Shown here piece after piece: positions 51,751 through 64,000 of a DNA stretch of 64,000 nucleotides (the first letter of the stretch is position 1; every line of letters begins with the position of its first letter). The DNA is taken from contig CM120641.1 of the NCBI GenBank assembly GCA_051362555.1, positions 37,330,401 through 37,394,400 of the forward strand, written 5' to 3'. The notes beneath the pieces are model-generated. The model was given only the letters and a program-made list of their open reading frames with translations. It was not told where the DNA came from and did no database searches. The position numbers and the translations under genes are program-made. The DNA comes from Lingula anatina. Taxonomy: Eukaryota > Animalia > Brachiopoda.

Positions 51751-54700
51751 ATGGATTTTGTTGAGGAAACGAAAACTGAAGTCAAAGAAGAAGTCATTTC
51801 CCCGGCCTGGGAGAACCTGAAAAGTCATGTCCAGAGTGTAAATGAACAATTCCAGTTGGAGGTGAAGTTCGAGTCTTTGAAGTCTTTCGCTTCGGCCCAT
51901 CCCTGGGTTACCCTGTGTCTTGCGTTTACCTTGGCGTTTTGCAGTGTTCCCGTAGCAGTTTTTGTGTGCTTCGCTGTTGGAAGTGTGTTGGCTACCTTAA
52001 TTGGATTTGTTATATTTGAAGGTAGTTTTCGCAACTTCTAGTGTTCACTTTAGTTTGAGACTTTTATCGGTGTGCTTGGTAAAAAAACACTTAACATGTT
52101 AAAGTACCGTACTTGTACATACTGTATTTATTATAAAATATTTAGCTCTTTTAATGTTAAACCAATGCTATGAAATAACAGTGTGATATAGGTTAGCACG
52201 AAAATTCATGCGTTAGCACTCCTATTGACAATTCTGATAAGTACTGGCTGGTTCGGCAACTGGTTCTCATTTCCCACTTTTTGAGGCCATTGCTTAATTC
52301 ATGCATAAGCACAGCCAATACATATCAGAATCGTCAATAGGAGTGCTAACGCATGAATTTTCATGCTAGATATACATTGTACATGTAGGTAAAACAAGTC
52401 GACTTTGATCAAATGTAATATTTTTGACTTAAGACAAACCTGAACGTTTAACTTCAAGTGATTTTGTACAAACTCAATTTTTTTTCAAATAGAAGGATAT
52501 AACATGTAATATTTTATTATCTCAGATGGATTGATAATTTGATCTATCCAGATTTTTACAAGTGCAAGGGAAAAAGTGGGGTGGGAATGGAAACAGTGGA
52601 TTTCTCAGGATGCATATACTGATGTGGTGCAGGTCTTAGGAAGGAGCCATAGCAATAGTCCGAAGGTCCATTGGGCCGAAAATTCACTATAGCACCTTCG
52701 GACCAACAATCTCTTGATTGAAAAACTGATGAAAATGCTACAATTTTTCGGACCAACGAACCTTCAGACCAATGAACTTTCGGACTATCAAGAGGCCCCC
52801 AAGAGGAAGGATCAGTTACTTGCTTAGGAGGAGGAAAAGTGGTTTAGATATCTTCTGTACTTCTCAAAATTTAGGTTCTCTATACATGATTTACCTGCCA
52901 AAATATATTTACTTGGGTAGAGGAAGCAATTTTCTACAACTCACGAATCATTGTTCTACCTACCTGGGTATCCCTTCACTTGGATTTGATGTTTTGTTCC
53001 ATTATTAATATAATGACAAAGTTCTACAATGTAAATGACTGCCCAATCATTAAGAGCAAAATATATTCCTGTACATTTGAGAAGGAAACTATATCGACAT
53101 CAGGTGCTTTTATTTGAGTGGTTTCCTAGTTTTTAGGGCCTATTAGCTGGAGAAGATTTGTAGCTTTTCAGGATAAGAAGCCAGAAAAAAGCATTTGGGA
53201 AATTTTCAAATGCCCAAATGAGCTTGGGCTGGAATTGGGACATGATGTTTTTAACTTACATAACCTGAATGCAATTTGAAGGTTCTGGTTGTTCCATTTC
53301 GAAGTCTGTAAAATGTTTCTTTGGTTCCCAGGTGACATTTACCAGAACTTGTTTTATGCTCCTTTGGTAACCTCTTGAAGTTATTGTACACCATCTTAAC
53401 GAGATCTTGAGATTTTTTTTATTACTTTTTTTTTTTATAACCAATTATAAAAATTGTTGCATGTCCTTTAGAGCACAAGAACCAAGAGATGAAAAGGTGT
53501 ACATAATGGCAGTACAAATTTAATAGGAAAAATGAACAAACCAGGGTTACATTCAGTAGGACACATACTGTCAGGATTTAGGTGTGATTTGAAACGTCAT
53601 GGATTTTTTGGTACATCCGCGTCACGAAATAGCGCCAAAAAAGCGGCGCGATGAAAAATGCGTACGTCTTGAAATAAATAAACTTTGCGAAAAAACTACA
53701 GTGAATTGACTTTCCATATTTTAAAGACTAAACGAGGAGTTATCCGTCTATTGATAAACTGTAAGCTTTTGTCAATGCACTGTACAGAGTTACAATTATT
53801 TCTCTCCGAATCAAGAAAACTGAAAATTTTACGTGTCCGAAAATGCTTTTGTATAGCGAGGGACTATATTGCGAGGAAATTGTTTCCAAATACGAAATTG
53901 GCTTAAAATTAATAAAATGGTCGAATATATATCCAGGTTTTCGATTTTGAAGGGAATTTCCCGCACACTCTCTGGTTAAGAAGTCTCGACAGAAAATCCG
54001 AAAAGTTGTGAAAAAACAGAGCAAAATTTCTCCCCTGAGGCACCTCCGATAAGAGTGCACATCTCATTCATTTCCCGAACTTAAAATTACGTTTATTCAT
54101 CCAAAAAAGTTAGTGACTAACCTCAATTTTCACGCAAAGCAATGATGTTCCATAACTTGCTACGACAGTATTTTTTTGACCTTGAACTGTGGAAGTTCAA
54201 AAAAGTCATGTGATACAAATCATGTGACGCGCAGATTTGGGTGCTAAAATGCACCTTTATAGACCCATATTAAGTCAAATATAAGTTTAAGAAACAGAAT
54301 AAACATTTCTTTTATCAAAGATTAAAAACTTAATACAAATTTAGTAAATTTACCGAAATCCCGCCCACTAAACGAGAGGTGAACTGAGGCGCTTTCCAAC
54401 GAAACCCCGCAATTTACTACGAGGCAGGGACAGGTGAAGTAGGTTGTGCGGCAAGTTATGATTTTTATCCTTGCTGAAATATGGAACCCACATATTTATA
54501 GCATGTCAGAGACTCATTACAGGTACGTATGCAAATTATTTACATTTTAAAATATATATAAATGTTTTTTATTACGAGAAATGTGCTAGTTTCGCTCCAC
54601 TACATACTGTACATAATCAAACACATTTGTTATACATTGTATCTTGTAGATTTGTTAAAATGTGCACCGTGTGACCGACGCAGGCTCATTCAGAGTAATC

Positions 54701-57700
54701 TAACTCCAACTACAGTTCAGTTTAATAATAACTTTTGATCTAGACTAGTGTTATTTAGAATACTAATATTACATAACGACATATGTGCCTTAATTAGTAC
54801 GTACGTGTACTGTAGCTGTATAACGTAGCATTGCGAGCACCTGTCATGTGAAGCATAGATAATGTGCTTGAGAGTTGTATATATTGATTGAATTATGAAT
54901 ACATCACCTTTTATTTGTAATAATTAGCAATAGGTCAGGGGAGTATTTGGCAAGATTTAACATTTCCCTTGTCTTTTTTTCAGGCTGATAAAAATTTAAA
55001 AACTTTCTAACATTGATGTAAGGAAAAAGATGTTTGGATATACATGTAGAATGGTAGAAGTATTAATGTACTATGAGCTTTTTTCATGATCAGTTAACAC
55101 TCATTTTTAGTATAAAGGTCCATTTGAAAGTGTAGGGTTTATTTTATAAATCATTGAAAATTTCAAAATCAATGACTTGCTAGTATAGGTATGAAAATGA
55201 AAGTTGAGACATTTATACACCATACTCGCTTAGTGTTGAAGTTGTAGATTTTTTACTTAAGTTAAAATGAAGTAGATCTATTTGAGAATGTCATTTGGTT
55301 CTCAGGTCAACAGTAATAAAGGTTTAAAATATAATCCATTTTCTGTTTTCTGTATGAAAAAAGATAAAGCCAGTATTTATTATTTTATTATGTGAGTTCC
55401 TAGACTTGTGTTAGTTAAGTACCACTTGGACATATCTTCCGATCCTCGCTCATTGTTAGTCAATTTTTTTATGTTAAATTGACATATACATTGAAGAGGG
55501 GTGTAAACAGATTGTTTTTACTTTTAGTTGCATGGAATTATAAATTCTGAATTTATTCTGATTTTCTTTTCCAGATAAAAGAAGAACAGTTTTTTCAGAT
55601 ATTACAGAATCTCTGCCAGGCTTTGAAGTGCCCTGAAAAGTGATCACGATGATATGTTGCAGCATTATCATGCATTCCTATTAGTCATATTAAAAAAACT
55701 GTCACCAAGCCCTTAGTGAAAATTGGTTATCAAAGTATTCTTTGGCAGCACTTACATTTTTTGAAACATAAAAAATTGAATTTTTAAAAAGAAATATGAC
55801 TTTGGTGGTATTTCTTTAAGATAATTGGATGGAAGTTGTTGCAAACAAGTGTTATTATGGACACATTTTTTCTAATTGGACTCCCAGGAGCCAGGCTGCT
55901 TTTCACATTCAAACAAGAATTTAAAAAGAAAAAAAATGTCAGAATAGTAAAAGAGGTATTTTGAATATATTTACAGTCCACATCCATTTATATCCAGTAT
56001 ATAATGCCTGGTGTTCACAAATACAGGTAAAGCCCTTTTAGGAAGCAAGTTACATACAGTGTATTCCCATATTTTAATATCAGATATCAAGTACAAGCAT
56101 ATGAAACTATTTTGAATAAAAGACAAATTGTCCTTGGTGATCAGCATATTTTTCTCTTATTTTAAGTCTTAAAAGGATAGCTAATGTATTTTGAGATAAT
56201 GCATTTGAAGATGGAACATGTATGAAAATTTATTAAGCAAAAAAAAAAAAAAAAAAAGATAGGAAAGTCATTAAGTGCAATGAAAGTGGAAATTTTATAT
56301 TAATTTTGGAAATTTTTATTTATGTATTTTTTACATTTTTACACACTCTGTGAATTCTTACTAGCGCCCATGCATATGGACTTCCTGTGCATGTATACTT
56401 GTACCATTGTTTTGAAAATAAAATTATATCCTGTTGTTTTTTTACCCTCTATTTTTTATTGAATATAAAAGAGGTAACTGTTCATATCAGCCCAAAATGG
56501 ATTCTGGAGTAAATGACAATTTCCCCCTTCTTACCAATAGTTACTGGGGTACTGAATCAGTTTTGACATTCAAAATTAGTCTGTACTGTAATTTTTAAAT
56601 TTATTTTAATATTTCAAAAGATTATTACAGAGTACAGCCACCATGTGATTGGATGCCCAGAACAGTTTCAAAATAATTGTGAAAACTACCATTTTGGTGG
56701 TAAAATGGAATATATGTTGTATTCCTATGGGTTCTTTACACTATTTATTCTTAAATGTGAATCTCATAAAAACAGTTGTTAACCCTTTAAAATATTCATT
56801 TAAGAAACGATGAATTTGTCTGTGCAAAATAAAGAAAAACAGCTTTGTTTTATTTTAAACTTGAGTTTTGGACTCAGAAATGACATATGCAAGGTACATG
56901 TACCGGTAGTAGGGCCTAGAAAAAGAAGGTGCAACAATATTAAATTTACAAGTTAGATATAAAACTGACACGCATTGTTTGACTATCAATTGAAAACTGT
57001 AATAATATCCAAAATAACCGGTGATAATCGCCAAAATAATGTACATCTGCAAATGTAAACAAACGCCGAGTTGGGCCCGTCTTGGGTCATGGATGACGCA
57101 AAAACCTGGATTTTGCACGATTTTTGGTACAAAAAATTCTGCAACAATTTTTTCCAAAGATGGATTTTAATGATTTTTTTTTACATACAATATTGATTGA
57201 AAGATACGTTATCTCTTATCCGGAATTTCCCGCACACTCTCTAGTTGAGGAATAGTGGCCAAAGTTACGATGTTGCCAATGTCAAATTTTACCGCTCAGT
57301 GCGACTTTGACGAACGCAAGCTCACTCTAAACGACAAAATTTCAGTAGAAGGCTACGTGAATATGAAGTCTACATACCCCACAATCATAAAATCGTATTA
57401 GACTTGCTAAGTATGCATTTATTTAAAGTATATAGCCATTTTTCGACCAAGTTTAATTTTTTACAAAATTTGAGCCCGACGTTACGTCCTGGCGCGAGAA
57501 AACGACGTTATATCACTCCGCATCGACAGTATGTGTCCTACTGATTAAACCAAACTCCTGGCGTGTTGGAACCTGCTGATGTGATATGGTATATGTTGGG
57601 GTGTAACTCAAACTGATGTCTTCATAGGGGTACCCGTGCAAAAATTATAACTTGTTTTAGTATTGCATGATCCATCATATCTTTTCAAATATATAAAAAG

Positions 57701-58924
57701 AAAGATTATAAACAGGATTTATGCTTGAACAACTGTGATAGGGGCAAGGGGCACTTCTTGGCAGGCATCAGGTGCAAAAGAGATGTCAGTTTATTTTCAG
57801 GCACGGTCAGCTCACGACTCCTATCCTCGAATTCAATAGCAGCTTACATAAACCTAGGAGTTATAACTCCTTGCATAAACTTATTTCTGGTATAACCAAG
57901 CTATTTTGAATAATAAATGAATGTTTTAAGAAGATGTGAATTACACATCTTGGCCTGAAAAAAAAAGCCTTTTGTTGTATATTGTAAAGGCAACATGGAG
58001 TTAATAACCCCATAACAATGGGTTTGAAGAGAGGATTACAGGAGACCCAAGATTACATCTGAAATGTTGCAATTTATATGATGTGAACTGATTTGTTCTT
58101 ATAGGGGTAGCTATGCAAAAGTGACTCGATTTTAATTATTTTTTTGTGAACTTCACCTTATCATTGTGAAAAAAAAAAGAGGAACAATACCCAATTCTTT
58201 CTTAGTTCTCAATAGTTGTCTTCAAAGTCATTTTGGAAATTTGAAGGCATGGTTTAGGTTTAACTGCCAGAAGTTCTCATCCACTCACAATGTCTGTTAC
58301 AAATATACAGATATCACTGTCATTTTTTTTTTTCATTTTCAATTATTTTAGATAGATAAAATTATAATATATAATGGGTTCTGGCTGGGCATGACTGCAG
58401 GATGGATATAAGCAAATTTGTGAAAAAGACTTGTAAAAGACAACATGATATAAAACTGTGCAAATACTTTTGTATCAGCACAGCAGTGTCGCTGGAAGGA
58501 CATCTTGAAAATGGCCTGTTGCTTTCAAACTTGCAGGACCCTCTTTAAAATTAGACATGTTCAGAAACTTTTGTTTGTTTCAAAAGCAATATTTATCATT
58601 TCCTATTCAGTTTTGTTGAAAGCACCAGACATCATACTAATGATAAGGGTTATTATATAATTTCAAACAAAAAATTAGTAAGCACTTCCATCTTGTATCC
58701 AATATAAAAGAGGTGTTTTACTTGAACATATTTTCAGTTTTATTATTTGCATATTGGCAGGTACCCTTCTTGCAGTTGGAGCAATATTGCTGGGTTGCAC
58801 TGTGTGTTTCACGACACTGATTTCCATTGGCCTGACCTTCTTCCTGGTCACCAGCTGGATAGCATTCAATGCCACACTCGGGGTGTTACAGGCACTGAGG
58901 GAGTATATCAAGGAAAATGCATGA
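51751..58924 (+). CDS. LDAF1: Lipid droplet assembly factor 1 (promethin/TMEM159)
   Basis: Exons 51751-52021 and 58761-58924 (phase-1 intron) give HPWVTLCLAFTLAFCSVPVAVFVCFAVGSVLATLIGFVIFEG|TLLAVGAILLGCTVC..., matching the promethin hydrophobic signature (HP...VP...EG). Confidence 0.85.
52194..52368. mobile_element. MITE with ~46-bp TIRs (TAGC...GCTA termini)
   Basis: TAGCACGAAAATTCATGCGTTAGCACTCCTATTGAC... versus ...GTCAATAGGAGTGCTAACGCATGAATTTTCATGCTA. The flanks GATATAGGT / GATATACAT may be a degenerate 9-bp TSD. Confidence 0.8.
52643..52800. mobile_element. Diverged, inverted second copy of the 50588-50761 MITE
   Basis: Aligns along its length to the reverse complement of 50588-50761. 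No clean TSD. Confidence 0.75.
53554..57543. mobile_element. ~4-kb non-autonomous DNA transposon with 19-bp TIRs and 3-bp TSD, in the LDAF1 intron
   Basis: Perfect TIR CAGTAGGACACATACTGTC / GACAGTATGTGTCCTACTG, flanked by ATT on both sides. Arms are CpG-rich and share the direct repeat GGAATTTCCCGCACACTCTCT at ~53952 and ~57222. No long ORF. Confidence 0.85.
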
Positions 58925-60796
58925 ATCTCTGGAGGAGTGGAAAGTGATATTGAAATAATTCTAAGGGGGCATGTAATATTCTAACTTATCTCAAGAGGAG
59001 AATGATATAAATGGTTGTTTTTGTTTTTGTCACAAACTGTAAGAATATAATTTTGTGTCAAAGATATTTGATCTTAATTATTTACTAAACAAATGAAACC
59101 TTTTTTAAATATCTTTAAGTTACTGCTCTCTTTCTGTTGTAACAGTTGTAAAAACGAAATGAGATAATTATACAACAAAAACCTGTTAATGTATTTTATT
59201 CATTGAAAAGAATATGTGTGTGTAACACATTTCAAAAAATTATTTGCCCTGCTCCAGCAAAATCTTTTCAGAAACTTTTACAGTGGTGCTCAATTTGCAT
59301 GGATAAATAAGTACAAGTTGCACAAATATGAATGAAAAACCCTCCACTTAATCAAGCATAGTTCACCATGATGTGGATGCAATTCCTTGCAACTGAACTG
59401 AGGAATATGCTCATGAACGTTTCTGAAAAAAAAAAAGTTTGCAGAAGCTTTTTCATCAGGGTGAAGGATTCTTTATGAATAGAATATATTTTTGTATTGT
59501 TATAACCTTCTAAATTAGTATGTACTACATTTCAGGATTCTGAGTTTTATATCTTAGAAGACATTGATTTTGTAGTTGCAAGTAATAGATGTAGTACTCG
59601 CACAGTATTATTGAGAAGCACTCATCAGTGGTCTTTATTCATCTATGTGAAGTCTTTTGGGGGAATAAGGTATTATATACACATGAAGGGGAAAAATGAA
59701 CTGACAATATTATGAGATGCAGCAGTTATAGTGCTACGTATATATTTTGTGTTCTCATTTAAGGCATAGAATATCTCCACAAGTTATCAAGAAGGCTGGT
59801 TGCAAATAAAAATGTTTTTAAAATGTTGTAATGGAGCTTTATTTTACGAGTCCATATGAGTGAGACTGCTTTTTTTTTGGGGGGGGGGGGGAGGGGAATA
59901 GTAGAGCTATACATGCCCCTTCCTTCCTCCCCCCCCCCCCACACACACACGCACGCACACACACACACACACACACGATGTTAACAAGTTGCCATTTAGA
60001 AGCATTTATGGATTCTAGTAATGCACTTTAGTCCCAGAACAATTGTTCCCAAATTTGTTAGATTTCTTGTATTTTGAGTGACTGTACAGAAAAGGAATGT
60101 TTCACAAAAAGAAATGCTAAGTGTTTGAGAACAGATTTATTGTCAAATGCATATTATAGACTAGTACATATAAAGAGGTAAACAAAAATCTCTAACATAA
60201 ATGGATATTATTCACATCTGGAATGACTTTTTCCAAGCAAGTTGATTCAAAAGGAGGCCGTTGAAATGACTGGTCACCAAGTCCGAGACAAACGCATTAT
60301 TATACAGGTATTTTTCAACAACTTGCTAATTTTTCACCAGCGATATTTCTACAGTCCTTTTTTCCTACCAGTCAAAAGTAACCAATGCACCATAGGTGGA
60401 AGGTGGGGGGTACAGTTAAAATTGGCATTATGCCGCAAAAATGAAGGACTTCTTAATCATGTGTGGCAAAGTGCATCAATACAGAGACCTCTTCAAAAGA
60501 AAACATCGAATTAGAAAAAGACTTGGTTCAAAACAAACGACTGCAATTTTAGTACTGAACATTAAGGGAAGAATTACACCATTTGCGAAAGATGGGCACA
60601 ATACAGAATTTTTGTGAAATCTATCTTATGACCTTGTTCTTTATACACTGAATGTATAAAAGACCACTACCATATATAACAAGACTAAAAGGATAACTTC
60701 ATTTTGGCTAAAAAAGGAATTTTTCTTAGGTTAAATGCCAATTTTCCCATACCAATGGTTGATGAATCCACTTCTACATTCAAAGTAAGTCCCCGT

Positions 60797-60836
<40 letters not shown>

Positions 60837-60872
60837 CCCTAAAAAGCTTGTTTTCTGGTAATAATTATAATA

Positions 60873-62600
60873 AACTAGAGGATCAGAGAGGCGTTACCGC
60901 CTCCGAATATTGTACCACCAGCTGGAGTAAGCGCGATCGTATAGACCCCCCCACACACAAAAAAGGGACACCACCACCAGTCTTGTGCTTGACAAGCTGT
61001 AAAAAATGCAATCAACAAGAATTCTCAAAAAATGCAAAAAAAAAATATATAACTAAAAATGGTACAATCAAAGTTTAGTTCATATTAAGGTAGGTCAAAG
61101 GTCAATTTCAAGGTCACAGTAAATTTTCGGTATGTGACTTCCTATTCAAATTCAATAGCAACTATGGACCTATCTCTGCTAGTTTTGGAGATAAAAGGGA
61201 ACCAAAATTTGCAAAGTTAAGTTCATGGTAAAAAGTAGGTCAAAGGTCAATTTTAAGGTCACAGTAAATTGACTTTAATGAATTCATATTCAAATTCAAT
61301 AATAACTATGGACATATCATTGCCAGTCTTGCAGATAAAAGAGAACCAAAATTTGCGAAGTTCAATTCATGATAAAAAATAGGTCAAAGGTCAATTTCAA
61401 GGTCACATTTAGATTGCCAGTATATGACTTCCTAATCAAGTTCAATAGTAACTATGGATCTTTCTCTGCTAGTTTTGGAGATAAAAGGGAACAAAATTTG
61501 CAAAGTTCAGTTCATGGTTAAAAGTAGGTCGAAGGTCAATTTTAAGGTCACATTTAGATTGCCAGTATATGACTTCCTATTCAAGTTCAATAGTAACCAT
61601 GGACCTATCTCTGCCAGTTTTGGAGATAAAAGGGACTAAATGTTATAATTTTGGAGTTACAATAATGTGCCATAAATTTCCTACAGAAAAAATTAATTAA
61701 AATAAAGAAAAGGTCATTTTGGTCAAAATTCTTGAAATGGGAGGTGCTCTGAAGTTCCAGATATTCAAATTTGATGAAATAATGTCATTTTTGACCACAA
61801 GTTGTCTGCCTGCTAAGCCTTATGTTTTATTTTTCCGGGGTTCAAAATTTATTATCCATTACCATACTGCACATTTTGCTTTCACCACCTATATGTACTT
61901 TTTGATACAGCGTAACTCGAAAATCGTATGGAATACAAAAAAACGGAGACCACCTCCAGTGTTGGGCTTTACATGCTCTACAAAATGCAAAAAAAGAATG
62001 GGTCTCTAGCATTAATGGTTCCCAAATTAGAGACAGTTTTCAGTTTCGGTATCTTATGGTCGCTACTCCCGTGAAAATGCACCGATTGACCCAAAATTCA
62101 CGGAGATGAAAGATGACATGAAGGGTAACACTTTCCAATAACATTATTGGTTAAGTCTGTGTGGTGTCTGAATAACAGCGCAAAGAATTTTTTTTTCGTA
62201 AAAAATTTCGTTTTTTTGAAAATTTTGGCCCGTTTGACCTTGAAATAAAGGTCAAATCCAAGGGCATATTTGAAATCTACACATATGACTTTTGGAAAGC
62301 CGTCTGTAGAAATTTTTCCCATAATTCCTTCCATAGGGTAGATAATTAGCATTTAATTTTGCCATTTTTGGACAAGGGTGCATTGCAATGAGTGCCACAC
62401 CTAGACCCCAAAACCGACAAAGCCCAAATTTTACGTGGAACGAGTTGAGATTATAGGTGACCTAAATCCAAGAGATGGGTACGGAGGCCCTTACCGTCTA
62501 GGAAGAGAAGCGGTAACGTAACATGCTGGCAGAGCCGGCGGAATGATCCAGACGGGACTAAAACCATGTGTACCGCCAGCGCCTACGCTGGTGGTACAAT
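60873..62600 (-). mobile_element. Second HINE-like copy with ~3.7 satellite units and no nested MITE
   Basis: Same termini as 45408-49000 (AACTAGAGGATCAGAGAGGCG... and ...GCTGGTGGTACAAT). Satellite units start at 61093, 61238, 61382 and 61527. Confidence 0.85.
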
Positions 62601-62608
62601 TATTACAG

Positions 62609-62780
62609 AGTATAGCTATCTATGGAGGTCACGTGGTATGATGACGGGCACAGATTTTGGAATAATTGCTATTACTGCTGTTTTTGTGGCAAAATAGAAT
62701 ATATTATATTGCTACGAGTTGTTTACAATCCATTTATTGTGAAATATAGATTTCATACGAAGAGTTGTTATCCCTTTAAG
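62609..62780 (-). repeat. ~170-bp repeat, inverted partner of 63812-63983 (TTAAAGGG-type end)
   Basis: AGTATAGCTATCTATGGAGGTCACGTGGT...TATCCCTTTAA matches the reverse complement of 63812-63983 with scattered mismatches. Confidence 0.8.
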
Positions 62781-62849
62781 GTCATTCAAGTTAAATGGAA
62801 GCTATGAATGTATCTGTTTTAGTTGTGGGGAAATGGGGGCTAGAAAATG

Positions 62850-63590
62850 TTAAGTGCATTTTTTTAAAGTCAAATTTAAGGTCACATAAAATGCCCAATG
62901 TATGATGTCCTATTCAAGTTTAGTATTAACTATAGGTGTAACTCTGTTTTGTAGACAGAAGGGCTAGAAAAATTTGCAAACTGCATTTCATGAAAAGAGT
63001 AGGTCAAATTCTAGAACTGATATTTAGTTGTCCAATGTATAAATAAAGTGAAATATTCCAAAAACTAGCAGAGATACAACCGTAGTTTCTATAATTAAAC
63101 TTAAATAGGAAAATGGCACAAATAAATTCTTCCAAAGAAAATTAAAATTTTTATTTTGAAAATTTCTCACAATGGAGCCTGGCAACAAAAAATAATGCAA
63201 CTTTTATACTGTATGAGAAAAAAAAACTGTTGCAATTGACAAACTGAGAAACAAACAAGAGGTCTCTAGCTTTTACAGTTCCAGAATTTTCAGTTTTTAT
63301 TTAGATACCTAATGGCTTCCTTTTCCATGAGAACGCACCAATTGACCCCAAAATCAGGATGATGAAAGGAAACCCCAACTGTAACTTCTCACCAAAATAT
63401 TAAAGCTTATGGGCACAAACAAATTTTTCCACAAAGAAATTAAGTTTTTACAAATTTTTGGTCCATTGACCTTGAAATATAGGTTAAATCCAAGGTCATA
63501 TTCAAAATCTCTACATAGAACTTTCAGTCCAACTCCTAGAGTAACATTTCCCATAATTCCCTTAGTTTGGGAGATATTTAGCATTTAATT
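62850..63590 (-). mobile_element. Old, diverged relic of the HINE family
   Basis: Degenerate satellite unit (AAGTCAAATTTAAGGTCACA...TATGATGTCCTATTCAAG) and colinear blocks GGTCTCTAGC, GCACCAATTGACCCCAAAA, CCATTGACCTTGAAAT and TTAGCATTTAATT. Confidence 0.65.
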
Positions 63591-63643
63591 CTTAAAATGT
63601 GCAGGAAAAAAACCAGCATAACTTACACCCCATTTCCATAGAT

Positions 63644-63810
63644 TTTTAGATCGATCTATCCCTGTGGGGAGTCTCACTAGATTACTGTCAGCTTGGCCAG
63701 CTTAAGCGTCTGTCCCGCCTACTAAAAGCTGTAAGGGGGTAATTAACTGTGGTGCCTGTTGGGCTGACTGCAATTTAGCGTCAACCCCCAGGGAATTAGG
63801 TCGATCTAAA
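63644..63810. mobile_element. Small MITE-like element
   Basis: Imperfect ~25-bp TIRs TTTTAGATCGATCTATCCCTG / CAGGGAATTAGGTCGATCTAAAA. Confidence 0.55.
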
Positions 63811-63811
63811 A

Positions 63812-63983
63812 CTTAAAGGGATAATAACTCTTCGTATGAGATCTATTTTTCACAATAAAAACATTGTGAATAACTCATAGAAATATAATATATTCTGTTT
63901 TACCACAAAAACGGCAGTTATAGCTATTATTCTGATATCTGAGCTTGTCTTTAGACCACGTGACCTCCATTGATGGCTATACT
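63812..63983 (+). repeat. ~170-bp repeat, inverted partner of 62609-62780
   Basis: TTAAAGGGATAATAACTCTTCGTATGA...ACCACGTGACCTCCATTGATGGCTATACT. Confidence 0.8.
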
Positions 63984-64000
63984 TTGTTAAAATCTCTTAA

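Noticed and set aside
59870-59976. Poly-G / poly-C hairpin next to (CA)n
   Set aside because: Low-complexity sequence with no further evidence of function.

Overview
AT-rich, gene-dense animal genomic DNA with spliceosomal introns. The repeat types suggest a marine invertebrate, possibly a mollusc, but the taxon is an inference. Six spliced genes were reconstructed by eye: the 3' end of RNF216 (+), a PIN/XPG-fold asteroid/FAM120-like gene (+), RBBP6 (-), HELZ (+), mitochondrial YARS2 (-) and LDAF1/TMEM159 (+). RBBP6/HELZ and YARS2/LDAF1 are head-to-head pairs with compact shared promoters. Introns and the right end hold many non-autonomous DNA elements: two Harbinger-like fold-back MITEs, two Helentron-associated (HINE-like) elements carrying a 146-bp satellite rich in DR1 motifs, a nested IS3EU-like MITE, a 4-kb element with terminal inverted repeats (TIRs) and a 3-bp target-site duplication (TSD), and several small MITEs. 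The strongest leads are a possible DWNN-only RBBP6 isoform whose intron-encoded tail resembles human isoform 3, a HELZ with a HELZ2-like C2H2-C3H1 module plus TPRs, uORFs and a candidate microexon, and a satellite forming a higher-order repeat inside a Helentron derivative. No rRNA, tRNA, CRISPR array or intact transposase was seen.
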